A DNA stretch of 64,000 bases. It comes from Eledone cirrhosa (lineage: Eukaryota). The position numbers were made by a program, and so were the translations under genes. Numbering within the stretch: the stretch's first letter is position 1; the number at the start of each line of letters is the position of its first letter. The stretch covers positions 58,218,001 to 58,282,000 of the forward strand of contig OZ024746.1 in assembly GCA_964016885.1 (NCBI GenBank), read 5' to 3'. Below the pieces are notes generated by a model that had not been told where the DNA came from, searched no databases, and saw only the letters and a program-made list of their open reading frames with translations. Below are positions 1-12,810 of the stretch, one piece after another.

Positions 1-82
1 CGTTTCTAACGCTGTATATACCACACAACTTAAACTAACAGCATGAACATCCCTTAATGGCTAGGAATATATATATATGTAT

Positions 83-240
83 AATTGTTTCTACTTTTCG
101 CACAAGATTAGCAAATACCCAGTTCATTACTGGTACTTTATTTTATCGACCCGGTAAGGGGGAAAGACAAAGTTAACCGCAGCGGAATTTGAACTCAGAC
201 CGTAAAGGGACGTATCTATGCTGGAAAGCATGGCGTCCGT
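83..240 (-). mobile_element. tRNA-derived SINE, family A (5'-truncated copy)
   Basis: Reverse complement of the repeated unit ...GAGTTCAAAT(B box)...GTCGATAAAATAAAGTACCAG...TTGTGCnAAAAGTAGAAACAATT seen ~16 times in the window. Confidence 0.8.
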
Positions 241-456
241 GGTTTCTTATGTAGGCACAAGGATAGCAATTTTGTGGGAGAGGAAAGTCGATTAAATCGT
301 CCCCAGTGCATTACTAGTACTTTATTTTATCGACCCGGTAAGGATGAAAGACAAAGTTAACCTAGGCGGGATTTGAACTCAGATCATAAAGGGCAGTAAC
401 TCGATGCTGCAAAGCATGGCGTCCGTCCCTCTACCGATACTGCCAATCCACCGCCC
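241..456 (-). mobile_element. tRNA-derived SINE, family A (full length, longer variant)
   Basis: Head GGGCGGTGGATTGGCAGTATCGGTAGAG (A-box-like) and B box GAGTTCAAATCC on the minus strand; abuts the previous copy. Confidence 0.85.
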
Positions 457-559
457 TTTTGAATATGTATATATATATACATGCTATTCAAGGGATATCA
501 ATTTCTTTTCTAGAAAAGTATCACAGGATCCACATGACAGGTGCAATGTGTCCGAAAAC

Positions 560-740
560 GAAAGAGCCTTAACTCCCACTGTCATCGCCTCCATCTCTCT
601 CGCCCTCCCCATCTCTCTTTGTTTTGAGCAAATGGGGTCCTACGTGCTGGCCGCCCCACAACCCCGGCGGACCGAATGGAGAAGGGCGTTTCCCCGAAGG
701 ATGGTAAGGGAGATGCGCTGGAAGAGACATTCCAAGATGT
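560..740 (-). mobile_element. 3' fragment of a CRE-clade-like non-LTR retrotransposon; part repeated at ~912-978
   Basis: Minus strand translates ECLFQRISLTILRGNA, resembling the QRIS.AI.RGNA C-terminal motif of CRE-type ORFs; ~65 bp recurs at 912-978. Confidence 0.55.
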
Positions 741-979
741 CCATACAATTTCCGTCTACCCAATTTCAATTCACATGTCTGAATGAAACCAAACCAACTT
801 AATGACACTCGAACTCGGAACAGCATGGTTGCGATGCAAAGTTTCTAGTCACTCAACTATCTAGTTATTCAATACCGTCGTAGTTCACCTTTATTATATT
901 AATACAAATTCCACGTGTTGGCCGCCCCACAGTCCCGGCAGACCGAATGGAGAAAGCGTTTCCCCGGAGGATGGTAAGT

Positions 980-1072
980 GATAAAATAAAGTACCAGTCA
1001 CGCAATGGAATCGATTTAATCAACTATCCCCTCCCTTACAAAATTGCTGGCCTTGTGCCTATATAAGAAACC
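980..1072 (+). mobile_element. SINE family A, 3' half
   Basis: GATAAAATAAAGTACCAG...AATTGCTGGCCTTGTGCC...AGAAACC. Confidence 0.7.
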
Positions 1073-1090
1073 ATTTTTTTTTTGTCTTCA

Positions 1091-1400
1091 GGTGAAGGTA
1101 CGTGGCTTTGTGGTTAGGCTCAAGATTGTAAGCTCGGGAGTTCGATTCCCAGTGGTACATTTGTGTCCTTGAGCAAAAGACTTTATTTCACATTGCTTAT
1201 GTTCACACAACTGGCAAAATTAAGCCACACCTGTAACTCGGAGGGTCAGTCTTGTCACATTTGGTGTCATGTGGAAACTCCCTGAGAACTAGGTTAAAGC
1301 TTACACGCGTTTGTGAAATGCTTGAGCCACATGCACGTTAATTTCACGAGTACGCTCATCTGTTGATCGTATCAATTCAAACACTGATCGTCGTAACCGA
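1091..1400 (+). mobile_element. tRNA-derived SINE, family B
   Basis: tRNA-like head (GTGGCTTTGTGGTTAGG; B box GAGTTCGATTCC) then TGTGTCCTTGAGCAA...CTTTATTTCAC, a CORE/V-like central motif; homologous to 62631-62850. Confidence 0.65.
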
Positions 1401-1762
1401 CGAGTTGTCTTCGCCTTGAAGTTGATGAAGGTGTTATTTGCGGTTATGATGTTGATATTATTATTATTATTGGCGGCGTTGAGGTATAATTCATTAAATT
1501 ATTAATGTTAGTCGTTACTGTATTATATTTGGTTCTACATAGATTACCTTAGGCTGTCTATGTAGAATTAGTCTTCAGTAATTACAGACTAACAGGACAC
1601 CATTCTGTCTTATCAATATAGTTCCTACTTGTACACAATTCCTTACATATTTCATTCATTTCCTGCTTTTTTTGCCGATGTGTTCCATTCCATCGAACTA
1701 CAACTACAATTATTGCTGCTACTACTACTACTACTACTGATACTACTACTAATAATAATAAT

Positions 1763-1930
1763 AATTGTTTCTACTTTTGGTACAAGGCCAGCAATCATCC
1801 CAGTGTATTACTGGTACTTTATTTTAACGACCCCGTAAGGATGAAAGGCAAAGTTAAACTCGGTGGGATTTGAACTCAGACCATAATGGGTCGCAAAACA
1901 TTGCGTCAGACTCTCTACCGATACTGCCAA
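1763..1930 (-). mobile_element. SINE family A, flanked by (AAT)n on both sides
   Basis: Family A sequence; (AAT)n at 1751-1765 and 1929-1937. Confidence 0.85.
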
Positions 1931-1937
1931 TAATAAT

Positions 1938-4900
1938 GATTTCTTTATTAACCACAAGTGTTTACATAAAGTAGACATTAAGGACAGTACAGTACAGGAC
2001 TGCCGTTAGGTAACGATGGTCTACCCTATCGAAGGCTTTCGACTGATCTAAATTGATCAAAGACCCACCCGAGCCAGGTTCCCTAGCTACCCTCTCTACG
2101 ATGTATCGCATGAGGTGGAGGTTGTCGTGGATGGATCTGTCGGGAATGGCGCATGTCTGTGTCTCTCCCACCAGACCACCAACGACAAGCGCCAACCTCT
2201 TTGCTAGCACCTTGGCCAAAATCTTGATCTCTGTGTTTAGCAGTCCATCCCTCGATCCGGCCCGCCACTGCCCCTGAACAATTGAGCGAAGTGTATCTGC
2301 AAAGCTTCACACATTTGCCCGGGATCGAGTAGCATGCGCACGTCGTGGTCCACCAAAGACCGGATCGTGGCTTTGTTGCCACGAAGCGCCTCTGCCACTC
2401 GGGCACATTGAACGGCTTTCGTCCCCTCGTGTCTGAGAGCACGCACCCTAGCTCTGACAACGCAGCCTTCGTGGTTTGCATTGAAGAATTGGTCAAGGGC
2501 CAATTTCGCCGCAAATACGTCGGTCGCGATGCCTTTGCTAAGCGCCTCGTCTAATTTTCTAACTAATACTCCCTCTGCTCTATTTTTCTCTATTACTAAA
2601 GGCTTACTAATCCTAATGGACTCTATTCTAATTGCTCTTTTAAGAGCAAACCACCACTTGTTGTTGACGATGGCCCCCGTCAACGTCCGCTTAAGTAGCT
2701 CGCTAATCCGGTTTCTGTAGGCCTTGAGCGCTGGTAAGGATGCGTTTAGCTTCCAGTAGCCGGGTCCTCGTCTATGAATCCTATCTAAGTCAAGCACACA
2801 GATCACGAATTTGTGGTCCGTGTAGCTGACTATCTTGAATTGTGGACAGCCTATGCTAGACCTATCTATTTCCCTAAAAAATACTCTATCTAGATATGAT
2901 CTGGATGACCCTATGCGATTTGTCCATATCCACATTGGTACATTCGGGAAATCCAATCGGTACCTATCAGTCATTTCAAAACGCCACCTCTATCCGCTGA
3001 TCCCACACAATCCCAGCGTGCATCTAAGATCCCGTTCCAGTCGCCCACTAACACTAAAGAGCGGGACGTTCCAAGAAAGGTCTCTAGCCGGAAGAAATCA
3101 GGCCGCCCTGCTCCTGTCGTGGCATGGACGGCCACTAGCCTGAAAGCTTGCCCGTCTCCGCTGGTCACGTCCAGCACCACCATCTTACCTTCTGGGTCCA
3201 GGAAGATGGCCCGTATGGCGAGATCCAAACCTCTCCGAAAAAGCTCAGCAACTCCTCCCCCGATCCAGGAAAGCTGGGAGATGCTTACACATCGTAGCCG
3301 CCGAAAATTGCTGCGAAGACCCGTGCTTCGGAGATTCTGGTCTCGCTGATGGCCACTACATCTATGTTTAGTGACCTGAGGTCGTTGAGCAGGTGGCCCT
3401 GCTTCCATGACGACCGCAAGCCACGCGCATTTATGCTGCCTATTCTGAGTGAGGTCATGTTGAAATGGAGTGGAAAAGATGGGAAAGACCACTTACCTTA
3501 CTTCTCGTTGAGGAAGGATGGTTTCTCCATCCTTTTCACTGCTTGTGGCCTCCTCAGGAAGGATGTCCTTAGAAATCCTCCTGGAGAGTGTTTGTCGGAA
3601 GTCTCCGATGTCTTTGGGGAATTTTTGTTTTAGTGTCATGTACGTTTTCTGTGTGATGCGAGTGATTTGTATGTGTGGAGGTGGTGTGAACTTTTGGGTT
3701 GTTGTGTAGTCTTTTTCTGTGATGCTGGTATTGTGTTGGATGTAGTGTAATAATTGGTTGTTGTTCAAATGTAATGCTGTTTAGTGTGTATCGTTTTGGT
3801 TGTTTTGTTTTGTTTGCGTTTGTTGTGGATTTGTTTATGTTTCGCTTTTTGGTGACTTTTGTGGTGTTGGTGATGGTGGTGTTGGGGTTAATGATGGTGA
3901 TAGTGTTGGTGTTTGTATTGATGGGGTTGGTGATGCTGGTGTGGTTGGTGGCATATCTGTCCTAACTTTTTTGTTTGATAGTTTATTTGTTTCCCTCTGT
4001 ATTTTGTTTTTGGAGGGGGAGGGAAGAGAATTTTTTTCTTTTTTGGTTTCCTTTTTTTCTTTTTTCCTGACACCGTTTCCCACTCCTCGTCGTCACAATC
4101 TGTGTCCAGTTGTGATAGGCTGGGGAGTGGAAAATCCTCCCAAGGCGTTGGTTTGTGTTGTAGCGTGGTGGATGGTGTAGGCGCTGGTGCTAGTTCTGGC
4201 GCGTTGTGTGGTGGTGGTGTTGGTTTTGCTACTGTTGCTGGGGTTGTTGCTGTTACAGTTGCTTCTGTTGTTGCTGCTACAGTTGTTGCTGCCATCTCTG
4301 CTGCTGGTGGTGTTGATGGTTGAGTCTCTGGTGTGGGTAAGAGAGGTGGCCTCAACCTTTTAGCCTGAGGGCAGAAAGCCCTTAGGTGGGCTCCTTCACC
4401 ACAAACGACACACCTAGGCCTTCAGCCCTCGACGATTACGGTGAGGTGGCTGCCGTCAGTGAGGTCTATTACTTCTGGGATCTCCTCAATGCTTTTTTTG
4501 GTCCGCTTGTATCAGGAGCTCCATCCCTGATCCGGACAAGTTCTCCTGCTTTTCTTTCGCTATTTCGATTATCTTGGTGTTGGCTTCGATGCCGACGAGG
4601 ACGGCAGCTATTAGTCAGGGAATTTCGATGGCCGGTGGAACGTGGGCCACTACGAGTCTCTGGCCACAATAGCTTGGGACGAGTGTGAAGTCCTCACTTC
4701 TTAATGGGGCCATGGAGTGTACTCTAGCCTCCTGTGGTGTTTCAAAGAACATGTCCACGGTTCCATATTTTTGCCCACGTCTGATGTGGATTTTTTTTGC
4801 CCTCACATGTCCCAATGCTTTTTGGATTTGGGACTCGGATGCCCGTTCCACTCGACGCGATTTTATATTAATTGTTCGATAAGACACGGTGCATAAGCGC

Positions 4901-5660
4901 CGATGCTCCATTTTATTAGGTGTGTGAGGGGGGCTGAACCTGTACCCATCTTTCTTTACCATTTGTTTGGCTTCTTCTAATTCCTCCTGAGTTACATGAA
5001 ACGGCTTCGCACTGTTTTGCTACTCTGGCAAAACTCAGGGTGGTTTTCTTAATGTCATTGTTGCTGTTGTTGTTATCGTTATTTTTGTTATTATTAATTT
5101 TAGTTTCAGTTGTGGTGGTGGTGGCGTCAGTGGCGTTCGGTGTGGAAGAGTTCATTTTGGTTGAATTCATTTCGATATCACGAGTTCATTTATTTTTTTA
5201 TTTTGTTTCTGTTGTCGCGGTGGTGGTGGGGGTGGTTGTCGCGGTGATGGTGGGGGGTGGTTGTCGCGGTGGTGGTGGTGGCGGCTTTAACACCTGCAGT
5301 CATTGGTAATGGCGGGAAATGAATGTCTACCTGAGACAAATTTAAAATATTGCTACTGCTTAGTAGCAATATTTAGTAATATTTACAATGGTGGTGTCGG
5401 TGTGAGCTGTTAGTTTGTGAGGAAGGAGTGACTCTGAGTCATCCATGATTTTTCTAAAAAAAATTTTTGTTTGATAATTATAAAAGTTTAAATATTGGGC
5501 TCAAGGCCCCAATCTTTTTGGGTGTCCTTTTCAGATAACAATGTATGTGCACTTATATACAGTTAACTATAAAAATTTTCCATGAATGGCAATTTTAAAC
5601 AACTGAAAATAACAAACCTTTGCGGAGCTCACGATGATAAAATTTACTACGTCGGTCGCC
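1938..5660 (-). mobile_element. Tx1/L1-clade retrotransposon copy T0 (ORF1 type B), internally deleted
   Basis: 5' end matches T2/T3 (GGCGACCnACGTAGTAAAT); ORF1 remnant ~3493-5446; ORF2 APE and part of RT (DQSKAFDRVDH) joined to the last ~60 bp of 3' UTR; AATAAAGAAATC(ATT)n end. Confidence 0.9.
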
Positions 5661-5685
5661 AATAATAATAATAATAATAATAATA

Positions 5686-6306
5686 GGCTCATATTGTATC
5701 CGAGTGTAAACAACTAGCCCAGACTCACTACAAAGGCTGGAAACCTGATGTGATAGGCAGGGTGATCCACTGGCATCTATGCAAAGTAAATAATTTACCA
5801 CATTCTGAGAAGTGGTATGAGCATAAGCCAGAGTCGTTGATAGAAAACGATCAGGTGAAGGTGCTATGGGATTTTAGGATACAGACGGACAAGAAACTGG
5901 AACACAATAGGCCTTACCTGGTGGTTTTGGACAAGGAAAAAAGGTCGTGCCTGATTGTAGATGTAGCCTGCCCATTTGACACTAGAGTGCAAGACAAGGA
6001 GAGGGATAAAATTAAACGATACCATGATTTAAAGTGGGAGTTAAAAAGAATTTGGAACTGCCATGAAATCAAGGTCGACCCGATTGTCATAGGCGCACTA
6101 GGTACTACATCAAAGAATGTCCAAGGATGGTTAAAGAAGATTAGTCTAGCTCCGCATTTTTGGAACACTTCAAAAAGCATATTTACTGGGAACAGCAAGA
6201 ACCCTCCGATACATCCTGAATATCTGAGGCTGCAGGTAGCGGCTTGATATTCATTTCAACAAACTTTCCAGTTAAATAACATCAACGACTGAGACTCACT
6301 CAAAGA
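5686..6306 (+). mobile_element. 5'-truncated R4/Dong-like RLE retrotransposon (copy D0)
   Basis: ORF 5750-6247 (WDFRIQTDKKLEHNRP.LVV.D...IVDVACP) matches the C-terminus of ORF 34479-35777; same 3' UTR; (AAT)n on both sides. Confidence 0.9.
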
Positions 6307-6350
6307 ACAATAATAATAATAACAATAATAATGCAGATGCTGCTGCCTTT

Positions 6351-6538
6351 GGGGCTGTGAATTGGCAGTATGGTTAGAGGGCCGGACGCCATGCTCTCCA
6401 GCATAGTTACGTTGTTTTACGGTCTTAAAATCCCGCCGAGGTTTACTTTGCCTTTCGTCCTTTCGAGGTCGATAAAATAAACCACCAGTAATTTACTGAT
6501 AAATTGCTGGCCTTGTGCCAAACGTAGAAACAATTATT
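6351..6538 (+). mobile_element. SINE family A
   Basis: Head TTGGCAGTATGGTTAGAGGG through tail AGAAACAATTATT. Confidence 0.8.
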
Positions 6539-6908
6539 TTACTTTACTATCAAGCTATAAAGTTAACAAAAATACCTACATAAAATTATGAAGGAACATG
6601 TTGAGATACATATAAACATTTTAAAACATACGTTAGTACTTCGCTAATGAATGTTGCTGTTTTCTTATGCTTGAAAATTAACTTAACAGACGTATTTATA
6701 TAAAATTATGTTAATATAAATATAAATATCTAAAATCAAATACTGTTGTATTATAGAACTAAGCGCGTTTTGAGGTTCAGTAGCTAATGCGTTAACTCTT
6801 CAAATCTACCCCAGTCACTTAACGGTGAACGTTTCTCTAACCGTATATTATAACTTGTATATAACTTATTCCCTATTTCATACATAGCCTATTTACTAAT
6901 CTGCTAGC

Positions 6909-7112
6909 CGGTAAAGTCGGACACCATGCTTTGCAGCATTGAGTTACGGCCCCTAACGGTCTGAATTCAAATCCCGCCAAGGTTAATTATGCCTTTCGTC
7001 CTTATGGGGACGATAAAATAAAGCACCATTAACGTACTGGAGTCGATTTAATCGACTTCCACACTCCACCCCTTCAAATTACTGGCCTTGTGACTATACT
7101 AGAAATCATTAT
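6909..7112 (+). mobile_element. SINE family A (longer variant)
   Basis: B box GAATTCAAATCC, GCCTTTCGTCC...GATAAAATAAAG, tail GGCCTTGTG...AGAAATCATTATT. Confidence 0.75.
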
Positions 7113-7375
7113 TAATCTGTTAGTCCTTTAATCTTCGTTTCAACCATCATGTTTATTAAGGTTGACGCAGGACGCAGGACGAAAGGCTGAAAGCTAAGAT
7201 AAATTTGAATTAACTGCTCATTGGATGAATCTTAACAAACTATTAATCTCGAATATAGCATTCATCACTCACGATCATGATTGGCTATACTATATATATA
7301 TATATATATATATGTTCGGATCTAGCTTTCGAAACGGCCGGAGCACAGCCGTCGAGGTCAGGTCCTGACTATTTT

Positions 7376-7414
<39 letters not shown>

Positions 7415-7418
<4 letters not shown>

Positions 7419-7604
7419 GTTTGTACTTTTGGCACAAGGCCAGCAAATACCCAGTGTATTACTGGTACTTTATTTTATCGACCCCGTAAGGATGAAAGGC
7501 AAAGTTAACCTTGGCGTTATTTGAACTCGGAATGGCAAAGGCCGTAACTCTATGCGTCAAAGCATGGCGTCTTACCCTCTACCGATACTGCCAATCCACC
7601 GCCC
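7415..7604 (-). mobile_element. SINE family A
   Basis: Full-length match to family A, between (TA)n tracts. Confidence 0.85.
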
Positions 7605-8146
7605 TTATATATATATATAATAATTAGAAGTTGACGGACCCGGCGTATTTAACAATGCCAGGACCACTTGCATTTCAGCGTACTCAATAGATAATGTAGA
7701 ATACATTCCAGTGTATACTCATAGTTATTCGCTACAACACAACACACTTAAACGGGTGTTTATGTTAGTTCCTGGACTCGAGGTTTGGCCACACTTAATG
7801 CAGCAATAGTGTGCACTGCACCCTCTGTCTGCATAAATTATGCAACAATGTATAATCGGCGCATGTGGGTTCATCAGCAGGTATCGTCTAATCAATTACC
7901 AATCGATGGACAGAGTTCAATGCCGGCTATGTTCTTTGCCAGTCTATGCCGGCTATGACTATATGTGACGGCCGACATAGTAAAGTGATTAGCAACTGGA
8001 ATCTAATACAACTCTGTCCTCCGATCAGCCACCGATTTACAAATTTACGTAGTGGCAGGAGATTAGAAAATAAATATTTTCGCTCCTGCCAAAGGTACTC
8101 AGCCAACGTGCCTCAAACACACATTGATAAGATTGTGAAACATTGG

Positions 8147-8182
<36 letters not shown>

Positions 8183-8322
8183 TAAAAGTTTAACAAGATT
8201 CAATGAATTCATGAATGAATAAAGTTTCACAATAGATTAGAAGCACTCTACAGCGAGATTTTCTGGAGTTATTAATATTACTTCAAAATATTAATAAATA
8301 TAGACATTCATGTTATCAAATA

Positions 8323-8388
8323 TATTTTATTATACATATTTCAGAGGTACTGAACTATTTCAACAGTACCTCCTCATCAGATAAAATA
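8323..8388 (-). ncRNA. Type I minimal hammerhead ribozyme motif
   Basis: Minus strand: TATTTTAT-CTGATGA-GGAGGTACTG/CAGTACCTCT-GAAA-TATGTA-TA|ATAAAATA; 8-bp stem I, 10-bp stem II, complete core. Confidence 0.8.
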
Positions 8389-8513
8389 AGTTGATGCTTG
8401 ACATACCTTGACTATGTTTGATGGTTATAATTTAGTCATGGCAGAATTGACTAAATGATAACCATAACTAAATGATAACCATCAACATAGTCATGGTATG
8501 TCAGGCATCAACT

Positions 8514-8579
8514 TATTTTATCTGATGAGGACGTACTGTTGAAATAGCTCAGTACCTCTGAAATATGTATAATAAAATA
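8514..8579 (+). ncRNA. Type I minimal hammerhead ribozyme motif
   Basis: TATTTTAT-CTGATGA(8522-8528)-stem II with one mismatch-GAAA(8560-8563)-TATGTA-TA|ATAAAATA. Confidence 0.78.
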
Positions 8580-8621
8580 TATTTGATCACATGAATGTCT
8601 ATATTTATTAATATTTTGAAG

Positions 8622-8665
<44 letters not shown>

Positions 8666-9229
8666 AGAGAGAGAGAGAGAGAGAGTGAGAGAGAGATAGA
8701 AAGGGATATATAGATATAAATATATACATATACATGCATACACGTTAACGCACACGCTCACATACACATAAACACACACACACACACATATATAGTGTTT
8801 GTTTGCATTCATATCCCATGTCGTCTTCGGGTATTAGTGGTGTGTTATTTGTAAACAAGTTATCTACACAACTAGTAGTTCCCCTCCAGCCAATACAGCT
8901 AACTATATGACTATTACACTATGATGTACAGTATAAATACGATTTTATCTTTGAAAATGAAAGCAACTCTATTATGATGAAATAGATATAGCATTACACA
9001 AGCAAGGGTCTGAGATGCCTCATATATTGTGCCTTGAACCATTCTAGGTAGGAAAAAATAAGGGAGATAATTGCATTTTCTTTGCCGAAAATCTTCACGG
9101 CAAGAATAAATAATTGCATTTAACCACTGCGAATATTATCATAATTTCGTTAATACTGAAGTTTGTTTATGATATCATCATAAATTGTTGATATTCTTGT
9201 GGATATTCTTGTAGGTTTTTTTTTGTTCG

Positions 9230-9794
9230 TTTCTTTCGTTGTTGTTGTTGTTGTTTGTTTGAGTATTTGTGGCTGAGGCTGTAGGTGATTGTGTTGTTTG
9301 CAATTGGTTTTGTATTATTTGTATTGTTTTGTTTTGTTTTTTGTTGTTGTTGTTGCTGTTGTTGTTATTGTGTTTTTTTCAAGACATCAATAGGGAAGTT
9401 AATCATGATGATGATGATGAGGAGGAGGAGGAGGAGGAGGAGGAGGAGGGGGAGGGGGAGGGGCATTTGGCGATAATGGTGAAAATGAAATGGAAGGATG
9501 GTAATGATGCTGCTGCTGCTTCTGCTGCTGCTGCTGCTCGTGATGATAATGATGATGACGATGAGAAGGAGGAGGAGGAGGGGGGAGGAGGAAGGGAATG
9601 AGGACAACGGGGAGAAATAGTTTATGATAATGGTGAAAACGAAGTGGAACTATGGTGATGATTATTATCATGATGGTGATGATGATGGTGATGATGATGA
9701 TGGTGTGAATGATTATGATGATGATGATGGTGATGATGATGATGATGATGATGATGGCGGTGGTGATGATTGATGATGTTGATAATGGTGAAGG

Positions 9795-9840
<46 letters not shown>

Positions 9841-9995
9841 ATTGATGATGATGATGATGATGATGATACGGATGGTGATGATTATGATAATGGTGATGAT
9901 GACGATGATGATGATTATACGGATGGTGATGATGATAACTTTGAACGTGATGATGATCATCACGTTCATGCTCATGATGATGATGATGATGATAC
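9230..9995. repeat. Compound trinucleotide microsatellite (GTT/GAG/GCT/GAT)n
   Basis: Seen directly; source of the poly-D/M/H/I pseudo-ORFs. Confidence 0.95.
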
Positions 9996-11152
9996 GTGTG
10001 TTACCGTAACATATATAGTTTGGTTCCTGTTGATGGTGATTTGTTTAAAGCCAATTCAATGTATAACAACGACATTTCTGCTTGGTTCTTGTATGAATGT
10101 TTATACATATTTCATATGACCACTCTTTCTTTGCCTTTACCGTTGCCATATTTCTAAAGAAATACACTGCCTATGTCTTTCAAATAACTTTGTAAATAAT
10201 CAAGAAGCTGGAATAGTTTAGTAATATACGTTCTACATTATTGCTCGAAGATATCCCAGATAAATATCTTAAACGCGGATAGGTCTCCGTAACCAACAAC
10301 TATCTACTTGAGTTGGCCATATTGTCTAAATCCTGATTTGAAAGACTTCGCCAGCTGGTGTTATTAATTTAGACACGGCCTGGGCATATAGTGACCGAAA
10401 CCTATCAAATTTATCAAAGTTATGAAATGTATCTCGTGTTTGAGTTAAAACTTTGGAAAAACTCATAAATATACCGAGTATGGTTAGTTATATTTTAAAT
10501 AAACAGACATATTAAAAGAAACCGTTTTGTAGAACGAGCAGTGATTTCAGCAAGTTTGGTATCAAAGTATTCAATAGTTAAGTCGGCACGATGTTCAGAT
10601 TTATAAGACTATTGATCATATAAATACCAAAAATCAATAGTGATATTATTACGAAGTCTTATAAATACAATTAGCGGTTCTTTCAGCTTACTTTTTTTAA
10701 TCTAATTGTTTATCTTTATGTATCATATGAGAGATTCTTAAGATATTCTCACGTATGTGTCCCGCCTTGTAATATTAATACAATTATATATCTAGATATT
10801 ATAATCCGAATTATGAACATTGTTAATCATGATAACATCCTCAAAATAGTAATTAATTAAGGATAAACCTGATTTATCAATAGTAAGACAAGTTATAATG
10901 GAATTTATGATTCATAATTATTTATATGAAGTAGCATTAGCAATATATGAATAGATATTATGGTGTCCATGGACCCTTATACTATACAGTAACTTTTTTA
11001 TTTAAATTACATATAGAGTCGTTAGCAGTAATGCTGTAGTTGTGAGTATGTCACAAATACTTTGCTGGATATTGTAATGGTGCTGTATACATGTGTTTTC
11101 TATTCATTTTCATCGAACGCTCAATTTCTACGATATCATTAACAACTTCCCA

Positions 11153-11520
11153 TCTTCTTCTTCTTCTTCTTCTTCTTTTTCGCCTACTTATTCCTGAGAC
11201 GGTCGTGGGGCAGTGTCCTTAAACACCCCTTCCGGTGGGTCCTCTCAGAAATAAGGTTTTGCAACTGATCCAGCTGAATCTCCGAGCGAGACCAGCCAAG
11301 CTAGTGGATGTTATCCAACGATCTTTCTCGAACTCTACACCTAGGTCTCCTGCCTGTTCGTTTTACACGTAAAATCTGGCCAGCGATTCTGTTCTGAGAT
11401 ATTCTAACCACAAACCTATAGTATCGGAGCTTTCATCTCTTAATAGCGTCTCTACATGGAGTGACACGCAGATCTCCGAGCTACGGATTCTACTGAGTAT
11501 CAGACCTCCAAAGAACACCA
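11153..11520 (-). mobile_element. 3' fragment of an RTE-like LINE with (GAA)n tail
   Basis: Minus strand translates RISQNRIAGQILRVKRTGRRPRCRVRERSLDNI, resembling the RTE C-terminal G.R.RGRP..RW.D.I motif; (TTC)n at 11153-11177. Confidence 0.65.
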
Positions 11521-12494
11521 GACCTCAATAAATTCTTACTTTTAGATTTTTGCACATACCTTGTGTTTGATGATGCTTTATTTATATAAAGTATATGCTT
11601 GGTGTAATAATAATTAGCAATAACAATAACACACTTTAATTCAGACTAAAGTTGTTTATGGAAACAGGAACAATAAGGTTTTGTACAATGAACATACGTA
11701 TAATCTCGTTTTGTATATTTTAAGCTGCTATCATATCACATCTACTCCATTAAGCAGTGCAGGACCTTCCTGTACATGCATTTCAGAATTATTACCTACC
11801 AAATGCTTACTTACGCCAAGATGCTAGATGATCATGCATTCAGACTTTAAGTATAATACTTAATATCAATTTTATAGGGGAAAATCAATAACACAAGCTG
11901 ATTTATTTTAGTGTGTATTTCGATATATCACTGATTATCATTGTCTTTATTTATCCCCACATGTCACTAATTATTTGTCACTCTACCCTCAACCACTTCC
12001 ACCACACACTCAGGGATATATTAGGCTATATCCTCAGAATTAATGTGTCAATTTAGTACAAAGATAATCTTTTTTTTTAAGGGAAGAATTATAATCAGAT
12101 ATAATAAAGATAAATCATATTTTTCGGATGCTCTAATTGAATTTGTCGTTTTGCAGCTGTTAGTTATCTCTGCAGTTCTCTTCATGTTTGCAGCCAGCTT
12201 AGATTAGTATCAAGTTCGTTTTCCATTTGATAATCATATCCCAAAATATATACAAATAAATAAATATAATCTTACTAAAATTGGTACATTTATGAGGATA
12301 ACCTAGTTTGCCTGCTGTTTCATCACGAGTAAAATGTATATTAAGCAGCAAGATATATATATATATATGTGTGTATATATATATGTATGTGTGTCTGTGC
12401 ATGTATATGGGCTTATAAATAAATGAATATATATATATATATATATATGTATATAATATATATATATATATAGACATAGAAATATATATATATG

Positions 12495-12581
<87 letters not shown>

Positions 12582-12744
12582 AGAGAGAGAGGGGAGGCAG
12601 TGTATTATATCTCTCATGATATCAGAAACAGGCTTCACGTTTGAAGTTAGATAAATTGCCGATATCGATATTTAGGAGTGATCCACCAATGTATAGCTAT
12701 ATATATAGCACCGTGAGATAAATGTTCTTGAAAACATGTTCTGA

Positions 12745-12745
<1 letters not shown>

Positions 12746-12808
<63 letters not shown>
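12746..12808. repeat. (AAT)21 tract, tail/target of T1
   Basis: Seen directly; abuts the T1 3' end. Confidence 0.95.

Positions 12809-12810
<2 letters not shown>

Larger units (their letters stand above)
8275..8627. repeat. ~350-bp inverted repeat (two ~165-bp arms), probably inverted Penelope-like pseudo-LTR ends
   Basis: 8275-~8440 is the near-perfect reverse complement of ~8465-8627. Confidence 0.9.

Noticed and set aside
241-456. tRNA genes suggested by A/B boxes
   Set aside because: Boxes belong to SINE heads; no cloverleaf, and each continues into the SINE body
9269-10119. Poly-D/E/H/M/I ORFs
   Set aside because: Translations of trinucleotide microsatellites, open in many frames, with no domain or splice evidence
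10200-10950. Possible very old Penelope-like RT remnant on the minus strand
   Set aside because: Only faint motif echoes; cannot be supported without a profile search
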